Source: Candidatus Caenarcanales bacterium
GTDB taxonomy: Bacteria; Cyanobacteriota; Vampirovibrionia; LMEP-6097
DNA: 64,000 nucleotides
NCBI GenBank assembly: GCA_013216135.1
Contig: JABSOS010000009.1
Span: forward strand, 28,258 to 92,257
Direction: 5' to 3'
Below are positions 57,206 through 64,000 of the stretch, in pieces (the first letter of the stretch is position 1; each line of letters begins with the position of its first letter). The position numbers and the translations under genes are program-made. The notes beneath the pieces are model-generated. The model worked only from the letters and a program-made list of their open reading frames with translations, was not told where the DNA came from and searched no databases.

Positions 57206-60079
57206 TTAGTTATTGCTAATTTCTTCTAATGCTTTTTCGTTAGTCTCTGAGCTTTTTTTTACGATTTGGACGTGGAATAGTAAACTTACAGTGTTTTTCT
57301 TAATATCAAAAAGTAAGTTTTCAAACATATCAAAACTCTCTTTTTTATACTCTATAAGTGGATCTTTCTGTCCATAACCTTGAAGGTGAATACCTTCTTT
57401 TAAGGAATCCATTGCTTGTAGGTGAACTACCCATTTGGAATCTATGACATGAAGCATGATTTGTCTTTCTGCTTCTTTAAGCGCTTCTATACCGATAGCT
57501 TCTTCTTTTTCTTTATAAAGTTTTAGTGCTGAATTAGTAGCTTGCTCTACGAATGCTTCAAAGCCACTTTTAGCAAAGTCTTCTGTGTCATCTAGGTTAT
57601 CAGTAATCTCTTCACCAAAGTCAGTTTTTAACTGCTCTACAAGCTTTCTAATAGGACTGATTCCCTTACTTTCGTCAAACCAAACTTCAACAGGGACTTG
57701 TGGATTTATGTATTGAAAAGCAGTGTTTTCTATTTGTTGCTTAATCATTTTCAGGATTTTGTCGTGAATATCAAAGCCTTCTAAAATTTTTCTTCTTTCT
57801 CTGTAGATAACTTCTCTTTGAGTGTTTACAACATCGTCATACTGAAGAATATGTTTCCTGATGTCAAAGTTATGAGCTTCAACCTTCTTCTGTGAGTTAT
57901 TGATAGCATCTGTAATGATTCCAGCTTCAATAGGCATATCATCGTCTGTATTAAGCATGTTCATGATGCTGATCATTTTTTCACCACCAAAGATTCTCAT
58001 TAAGTTATCTTCAAGCGATAAGAAAAACTTAGATGCTCCAGGGTCTCCTTGACGAGCGCATCTTCCTCTAAGCTGATTATCAATTCTTCTACTTTCGTGT
58101 CTCTCTGTTCCGATTACACATAAACCACCAAGCTCTTTTACTTTAGTTTGTGCTTCAGTGTTCACAACGTTATAGTCTGCGTGATTAGGGTCTTGGGATT
58201 TATGACCACCTAGAATAATGTCAGTACCACGACCAGCCATGTTCGTAGCTATAGTGATAGCTCCTGGTTTACCAGCTTCTCTTATGATTTCTGCTTCACG
58301 AGCGTGGTGCTTAGCGTTTAATACTGCAAATTTAGGTTTGCATTTAATAACTTCTGTAACCATTACTGATTGCACTAAAGTTTGCAAAGCAAAGCTTAAA
58401 TCTTCTCCAGTACAAACTTCTTTTAGCTCAGATAAAAATGGAGTAATAGCTTCAGTGGTTAAATTACCAGGCTTATCAAAGAGTTTCACTAATTCTGATT
58501 TCAGATGAGAATCTTTACCTTTACTTTTCATAGTATTAGTAAATCTTTTGATTCTTTTTTCTAGGATTTGAAGAGCATAAAGTGGTTTTTCTAGCATGCC
58601 AGCTAGTAACTCAGATTTGTCGATACTAGTAGTACCTACTAAAATAGGTCTGCCTTTTTTATGTTCTTTAATGATTTCCTCTACGATTGAGTAGTATTTA
58701 GCAAGCTCACTTTTCATTACTACATCATTCAGATTCTTTCTAGAACAAGGTTTGTTTGTAGGTATAGTAAGTACATCGAGGTTATAGATTTTTTTAAACT
58801 CTTCAGCCTCTGTAGCAGCAGTACCTGTCATCCCTGAAAGTTTAGGGTAAAGTCTAAACAAATTCTGGAAAGTTATACTTGCCATAGTTAGAGTTTCTTC
58901 CTGGATAGGAACATTCTCCTTCGCTTCTACTGCTTGGTGGAGACCATCTCCCCATCTTCTTCCTTCCATTAATCTTCCTGTAAACTCATCTACGATTACA
59001 ATTTCTTTTTTCTTTGTCTTTTGACTTACTTGAATAATGTAGTCAGTATCTTTTACAAAAAGTTCTTTTGCTCTTAGAGCTTGAATTAGATGGTGAGCAA
59101 GATTAGTCTCCGGGTCCCATAAGTTATCAACATTTAAAATTTCCTCAGCTCTATGGATACCAGCTTCTGTTAGAACGGCATTCTTAGCTTTCTCATCTAT
59201 AAAATAATGTGCTTCTAGGCTTTTATCTTTTTCACCCTTCGCTCTTTTAAGTTGCTTTGCAACAGAGTTCATAGCTAGATAGATTTCTTTTTTTCTTTGA
59301 TCAGGAATCCCACTTATAATAAGCGGGGTTCTAGCTTCATCGATTAAAATACTGTCAACTTCATCTACTATAGCCATGTAGTAATCTCTTTGAACACAGC
59401 TATCTATGTCAGTTTCCATATTATCTCTGAGGTAATCAAAACCAAATTCATTATTAGTACCGTAAGTAATATCAGCACCATAAGCTTCTTGTCTTTCTTC
59501 TGGATTTTTTCCTGCTACTATAAGCCCGCAGCTTAAGCCTAAAAAGTTATATAGTCTGCCCATCCACTCAGAGTCACGTCGAGCTAGGTAATCATTTACA
59601 GTGATGATATGAACGCCTCTACCGCTAAGAGCATTAAGGTAAGCTGGTAAAGTACAAACAAGCGTTTTACCTTCACCTGTCTGCATCTCTGATATTCCTG
59701 ACCTGTGAAGTTGGAGACCACCTATGATTTGAACATCATAGTGGCGCATATTTAAAACTCTTTTAGAGGCTTCTCTACATACAGCAAATGCTTCTACTAA
59801 AATCTCATCCAATGTTTCAGCTAAAGCTTTATCGTGAGTCGTCCTTAACTGTCCTGGAAGCTTAGGAACATCTTCTGCGATAAGAACTTCATATGGAGTT
59901 TCTTCCAATTTCTTTGAAATTTTGTTTTTAAATTCGGTGGTTTTGTTTTTTAACTCTTCATCACTTAATTTTGCGATAGTATCTTCAATAGCATTAACTT
60001 TTGCAACTGTAGGCTCGAATGATTTAAGTAATTTTTCGTTAGGATCACCAGTAAGAAGTTTAAGGAATTTTTTGAACAT
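57206..60079 (-). CDS. secA: preprotein translocase ATPase SecA
   Basis: 957 aa. Walker A MQTGEGKTL, DEVDSILIDEARTPLIISG and TNMAGRGTDI. Confidence 0.95.
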   Translation of the reverse strand: MFKKFLKLLTGDPNEKLLKSFEPTVAKVNAIEDTIAKLSDEELKNKTTEFKNKISKKLEETPYEVLIAEDVPKLPGQLRTTHDKALAETLDEILVEAFAVCREASKRVLNMRHYDVQIIGGLQLHRSGISEMQTGEGKTLVCTLPAYLNALSGRGVHIITVNDYLARRDSEWMGRLYNFLGLSCGLIVAGKNPEERQEAYGADITYGTNNEFGFDYLRDNMETDIDSCVQRDYYMAIVDEVDSILIDEARTPLIISGIPDQRKKEIYLAMNSVAKQLKRAKGEKDKSLEAHYFIDEKAKNAVLTEAGIHRAEEILNVDNLWDPETNLAHHLIQALRAKELFVKDTDYIIQVSQKTKKKEIVIVDEFTGRLMEGRRWGDGLHQAVEAKENVPIQEETLTMASITFQNLFRLYPKLSGMTGTAATEAEEFKKIYNLDVLTIPTNKPCSRKNLNDVVMKSELAKYYSIVEEIIKEHKKGRPILVGTTSIDKSELLAGMLEKPLYALQILEKRIKRFTNTMKSKGKDSHLKSELVKLFDKPGNLTTEAITPFLSELKEVCTGEDLSFALQTLVQSVMVTEVIKCKPKFAVLNAKHHAREAEIIREAGKPGAITIATNMAGRGTDIILGGHKSQDPNHADYNVVNTEAQTKVKELGGLCVIGTERHESRRIDNQLRGRCARQGDPGASKFFLSLEDNLMRIFGGEKMISIMNMLNTDDDMPIEAGIITDAINNSQKKVEAHNFDIRKHILQYDDVVNTQREVIYRERRKILEGFDIHDKILKMIKQQIENTAFQYINPQVPVEVWFDESKGISPIRKLVEQLKTDFGEEITDNLDDTEDFAKSGFEAFVEQATNSALKLYKEKEEAIGIEALKEAERQIMLHVIDSKWVVHLQAMDSLKEGIHLQGYGQKDPLIEYKKESFDMFENLLFDIKKNTVSLLFHVQIVKKSSETNEKALEEISNN

Positions 60080-60153
60080 CTAAGCTATTAATTATAACTT
60101 AAGTTAATTTATTCGGTGTTTTTGTATGCTTAATGAGTATTTACTATCTGTGG

Positions 60154-61149
60154 TTATGGTAACAAACTTAAAACAAAAGAACCTTGAGCGTTAGCTTGAC
60201 TGAGCATAGAGCTTGATGAGTCTTGTTGGATTTGAGATTTAATTAGATTAGTACTTTCTTGAGCAAAGTCAGCATCTTCATAGTGAGATTTTGCGCCGCT
60301 TAAAGATATTTTTCTGGATTCGAGGGAATCGAAGCGGGCTAAAAGTCCTGCCTTTGAAGCTGAGATAGCTGTACGCATACCAGTAAGTGCATCTATAGCT
60401 ATATCAAAATCATTTAGATCTGTTTCTTTACTAACAGTTGGGAATGGTTCAGCCGTAGGGTTAGCTCCTCCTGGTAGCGCTGCATCAAACCTTAGTGCAA
60501 GGGCATCTAGGTAACGCATCGCTGTAGTATAGTTTAAACTCTCATCAAAAAATTCAATTTGTTTTAAACTTGAATCATCTGTACCTGTTTGTATATTAAT
60601 TGATTGGTCGTCTTGGCTTGCTGCTGACTGTGATTCAAAAGGCGTTACAGCAGAAGGTGTTATTGGTCTTGGATTCCATCCAAAATTAGACCCGAAAGTG
60701 AAATCTGCATCTGTTTTAGATCCATCAAATGGGTGGATAGCTCCATTGATACCATTCTCTTCTGCTTTTTGATAGGCGCTCTCTAAAACTCCTACAATTT
60801 CTTCTTTGAACAGTTTTACATTATCGCTATTTGGATCAGTAGATCCATTGAAAAGTTTTAAGTATAGTTCTCTTACGTTTTGTATATCTTCGGTAACGGA
60901 TGCGTATGTCGCTTCTTTAGATTCTAAAAGACTAACAAAGTCCATAATATTTCTCTGAGCTTCATCTATACTTCTAGTTTCAGATTCGATTTTAGCTGAA
61001 ATACTTAAAGATGCAACATCATCCCCAGCTCGATTAATACGTTTACCGGAGGATAATTTTTCTACAGCAGAATTAACTCTAGTATTAGAGGCATTTAGTG
61101 CTCTTTGAACTGACTTAGTATTTAAATGTGAGCTGATAACTACTGACAT
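60154..61149 (-). CDS. fliC: flagellin
   Basis: The N-terminal block is EKLSSGKRINRAGDDVASLSISAKIE…QNVRELYL. The C-terminal block is RFDSLESR…YEDADFAQESTNLIKSQIQQDSSSSMLSQANAQGSFVLSLLP. Confidence 0.85.
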   Translation of the reverse strand: MSVVISSHLNTKSVQRALNASNTRVNSAVEKLSSGKRINRAGDDVASLSISAKIESETRSIDEAQRNIMDFVSLLESKEATYASVTEDIQNVRELYLKLFNGSTDPNSDNVKLFKEEIVGVLESAYQKAEENGINGAIHPFDGSKTDADFTFGSNFGWNPRPITPSAVTPFESQSAASQDDQSINIQTGTDDSSLKQIEFFDESLNYTTAMRYLDALALRFDAALPGGANPTAEPFPTVSKETDLNDFDIAIDALTGMRTAISASKAGLLARFDSLESRKISLSGAKSHYEDADFAQESTNLIKSQIQQDSSSSMLSQANAQGSFVLSLLP

Positions 61150-61241
61150 TTTCCACCCCTGGAACTGCTAAAGTTCTATTTTTTCTTCGTTAATTTATAT
61201 CGGTCATTTGTACTAGACCTTTAATATTTTTCGCTTAATTT

Positions 61242-62024
61242 TTACCAATAAATCAAATATTCATCTTTCTCTTCATCTAAAATCCCATGTCCTTGAAGAG
61301 TTATACGCATATCTTCATCTTGGATTAGAATGGCTGGAGCCATGGCGTGAGTAAATTTGCCAGAATGGAGGAACATATACCCTTCTTCATATTTAATGAA
61401 AGCCAGATCATTTAAATCTACAGATGTATCACATCTAGTCCCTAAAGACTTTGCCATAGCAAAGCTAGTTTCTAAAGTCTCTAAAAGCATAGCTTTGTCC
61501 TCTTCATTTTCCTCCCAATCGGGATTTGATTCGATTTGGCTTTTAACTAAGATTAAACCAGCTCCACGTTTAGGTGATTTTATAGATAATGTAAAACTCA
61601 AATTCTTAGAAGGGGCGTGTTGAACTTCTTTCCAGTCTATAAGCTCATCTTGTCTATCGTGATGAAACTTTCCACACTCTTCTTCAAAATATATATCACT
61701 ACCAAAGATATGAAAGCCAGGTAAAGCTATTCCAGGCGCATACTGACATTCCTTGCCAGTAGCTTTAATCAATTCTTGAAGGGTTTTATCATAAAGATCT
61801 TTTAGCTCGTTATATAAAATTTTATTTTCATCTTCAGCTTTTTTAAGATATAAATCATAGGACTCAAGCGCATCAATATAAGAAACAGCACCTAAGGTAA
61901 ATCTCGGTAAATCAAAACCCTCTTCAGACTCTTGTCTAGAAACCCACTTACCCTTTAATTCCAAAACCTTCTCAAAAACACGATGAGTCTCTTCTTGATT
62001 AAGCACCTGAATTTTTTTTAACAT
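61242..62024 (-). CDS. hypothetical protein, possibly cupin/2OG-Fe(II)-oxygenase-like
   Basis: 260 aa. It has AAGGA SD, an HxD-like FHHD, and later GKFTHAM and RITLQGH. The fold assignment is weak. Confidence 0.35.
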   Translation of the reverse strand: MLKKIQVLNQEETHRVFEKVLELKGKWVSRQESEEGFDLPRFTLGAVSYIDALESYDLYLKKAEDENKILYNELKDLYDKTLQELIKATGKECQYAPGIALPGFHIFGSDIYFEEECGKFHHDRQDELIDWKEVQHAPSKNLSFTLSIKSPKRGAGLILVKSQIESNPDWEENEEDKAMLLETLETSFAMAKSLGTRCDTSVDLNDLAFIKYEEGYMFLHSGKFTHAMAPAILIQDEDMRITLQGHGILDEEKDEYLIYW

Positions 62025-62061
62025 AAATTAATCCTTGTTTATAATTCTACTGGTGAAGCTA

Positions 62062-62148
62062 GCAGTTAAGGTACTAATATATCTTTTGCGAGCTTAGGGA
62101 CCCAGCTCCGCTGGGGCGCAGCAAAAGGTGTATTAGTACCTTAACTGC
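62062..62148. other. long-stem hairpin element, copy 2 (28-bp stem plus conserved GC-rich core)
   Basis: 62062-62089 pairs with 62121-62148, with two T:G positions. The core GAGCTTAGGGACCCAGCTCCGCTGGGGCGCA matches copy 1 except for the compensated apical mini-hairpin. Confidence 0.8.
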
Positions 62149-62175
62149 GGGATTTACTATATAATTATTCCCATA

Positions 62176-62862
62176 ATGCAAGTTCTCGAATTAAATAAAA
62201 AAGCACGTGATCTTTTTAATGAAACTAAAGCCGTAATCTTTGATATGGATGGAGTTATGGTTTATAACACTCCTTACCATCAAAGAGCGCTTAAAGAATT
62301 CTGTGAAATTAAAGGTAAACCTTTAACAGATGAAGAGATGGAAGATAAAATTTACGGTCGTACTAATCGCGAGTGGTTGTTAAATTTATTTGATTCTTCT
62401 TTAAGTGATGAATTGGTTGATGAATATGCTCATGAAAAAGAACTTATGTACAGAAATATTTATAGAGATGATATTCAGGCTGCTCCTGGATTGATAGCAT
62501 TTTTAGAGCTTTTAGATATGAAGAACTTACCTAGAGCTATTGCGACATCTGCGCCGCCAGTAAATGTGGATTTTACTTTAGACTCTATTAATGCAAAAAG
62601 TTTCTTTGAGGTTATTATTAATGACACCATGGTAAAGCACAGTAAACCTCACCCTGAGATCTATTTAAAAGCTATAGAAGTTTTAGGTTTAAAACCAGAG
62701 GAGTGTTTAGTTTTTGAAGATTCTAAGTCAGGAATTAAGGCTGGATTAGACTCTGGAGCTAAAGTTATCGCTATTGAATCTTCGATGCCCCCTCAACAGA
62801 CTTTAGATTTAGGAGCACATGCATCAATTTCTGATTTTTCTATTTTTCTCCAAGCTTCTTAG
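62176..62862 (+). CDS. HAD-IA family hydrolase (beta-phosphoglucomutase-like)
   Basis: Motif I is VIFDMDGVMV, motif II is ATSA and motif III/IV is K…FEDSKSGIKAG. Confidence 0.8.
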   Translation: MQVLELNKKARDLFNETKAVIFDMDGVMVYNTPYHQRALKEFCEIKGKPLTDEEMEDKIYGRTNREWLLNLFDSSLSDELVDEYAHEKELMYRNIYRDDIQAAPGLIAFLELLDMKNLPRAIATSAPPVNVDFTLDSINAKSFFEVIINDTMVKHSKPHPEIYLKAIEVLGLKPEECLVFEDSKSGIKAGLDSGAKVIAIESSMPPQQTLDLGAHASISDFSIFLQAS

Positions 62863-64000
62863 TAATAGTATCCATAGCAAGTCTTGCTGCAAAAACTAAC
62901 AGTGAATGAGCTTTAATACCTAGATAGGTTCTCCAAGAGTGCATTTTTATCGCATCTTTTTCTAGTTCTTTATTGTCTCCAACTTTATTTAAGATTTCTT
63001 GAATTTCAGAGGATTCTGGGAATTTTTGATCTTTTTTAATTAAAATGTCTTCACTGATATTATGTTTTTTCTTTAAATGGTTATTAAATAATTTTGAGAT
63101 TTGATCTTCTGTGATTTTATGTCCAAAGCACCATGAGCTTGCTACCATACCTAAAATCATTAAGGCTTCTCTGAGTTCACCTTTTGACTGTGCGGTTGCT
63201 AATCTCCCAATATTTACTGGAACAGCAAGGTTTGTTAATAGAAGACCCAGTTTCGGGTAAATACCATGGTGCAAGTCCTGCCAGCTTTTAACCCATTTTG
63301 CAAATTTAGTATTTTTACCATTACTAAGTGGTAGTAATATTCCATTTATTAAGCCACCTGAACCCATAGCTAGAGCCATTCCTGCTTTTTGAAACATGTT
63401 ATAGCCTTTAAACTTCGTTCTTTGACTAGAATCTAGACCTGTGAAGCCATCTTGTTTCAAGATCATTTTTCTGACGATCACATTAGAGAAAATTCTAGAA
63501 AACCCCCAGATGACTCCTTCAATAGAATCTCCCATTATTGTCAGGTTTTTGATTTTTTTTGCTAACTCTAAATTATCTTCTGATGCAGCAAAATTTCTTT
63601 TGAAATCTCTAATTCTATTAGCTTCGCTTAGGTGCTTTTCTTTATGGGAATCCTTTGTTGCTAAGCCTGCCATGAATTCTTGATCTTCAGCTTCTTCTTC
63701 TAATCTTTCTATTCCTTTTTGGAAATTTTCTAGACTTTCTAATTCTTCTCTTTGAAATCTAGCTATATGAAGAAGATTGTCGTGATGCTCTTTTGGAGCA
63801 AAGATTTTCCCGAAGGTATTTATTACACCAGTTATAATTTTTGGATTTAAGGCTGTTGCTGAGCTTGTATACAAGCTACTTAAAAGTATCTCAATTATAT
63901 TTGCTTTAGGTCTTTTTGTAATAATGGCTGCAGCAAGCTCTGGTAAATCAAAGGCTGAGAGTTCTAAAACAGTTCTTCTAACAGGCTCCCTAGTGTTAAC
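62840..64000 (-). CDS. hypothetical (probably membrane-associated) protein, 5' end probably outside the window
   Basis: The ORF track starts at TTG 63874. My translation of 63875-64000 in the same frame has no stop (…VNTREPVRRTVLELSAFDLPELAAAIITKRPKANIIEILLSS-LYTSS…). Confidence 0.5.
   Translation of the reverse strand, partial: VNTREPVRRTVLELSAFDLPELAAAIITKRPKANIIEILLSSLYTSSATALNPKIITGVINTFGKIFAPKEHHDNLLHIARFQREELESLENFQKGIERLEEEAEDQEFMAGLATKDSHKEKHLSEANRIRDFKRNFAASEDNLELAKKIKNLTIMGDSIEGVIWGFSRIFSNVIVRKMILKQDGFTGLDSSQRTKFKGYNMFQKAGMALAMGSGGLINGILLPLSNGKNTKFAKWVKSWQDLHHGIYPKLGLLLTNLAVPVNIGRLATAQSKGELREALMILGMVASSWCFGHKITEDQISKLFNNHLKKKHNISEDILIKKDQKFPESSEIQEILNKVGDNKELEKDAIKMHSWRTYLGIKAHSLLVFAARLAMDTITKKLGEK

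Overview
The window is an AT-rich bacterial chromosomal segment, and most of it is housekeeping genes. These are trpS (5' fragment), valS, hisG-hisZ, gap, miaA, cysD-cysN, dnaG, rpmI-rplT, trpE, secA and plsY. It also carries an LptF/LptG-type permease, a pair of SPFH/prohibitin genes, a PgpH-like 7TM-HD hydrolase, a flagellin and one tRNA-Leu(UAG). The outer-membrane LPS permease, the flagellin and a clear Ycf23/DUF561 homologue (a cyanobacterial/plastid family) suggest a diderm, possibly a non-photosynthetic relative of cyanobacteria (Vampirovibrionia/Melainabacteria-like). That placement is inference only. I found no rRNA, CRISPR array, transposase, integrase, prophage block or recognisable defence-system genes. 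All product calls rest on motifs read by eye from the translations; no searches were run.

The points worth a second look are:
1. Two copies of a hairpin element (7548-7629 and 62062-62148). A conserved GC-rich core of about 30 nt sits on 27-28-bp stems whose sequences are unrelated but complementary within each copy.
2. A 1228-aa protein made of nine diverged tandem repeats of about 95 aa. Each repeat resembles an expanded excisionase/MerR-type HTH. The tail carries Vsr/DUF559-like and HExxH motifs.
3. A translationally coupled pair of large paralogous helical proteins (29228-33780).
4. Two genes interrupted by in-frame stop codons (36801-36803, and 55138-55149 in a YHYH-domain gene).
5. A 2605-aa secreted subtilase fused to four GLUG modules, cadherin-like domains and extreme acidic and basic tracts.
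6. A small collagen-repeat operon, and a His/Asp/Cys-rich secreted peptide.

None of these can be assigned to a known multi-gene system from sequence alone. I do not claim a complete novel system. The hairpin element family and the poly-HTH protein are the best candidates for something undescribed.
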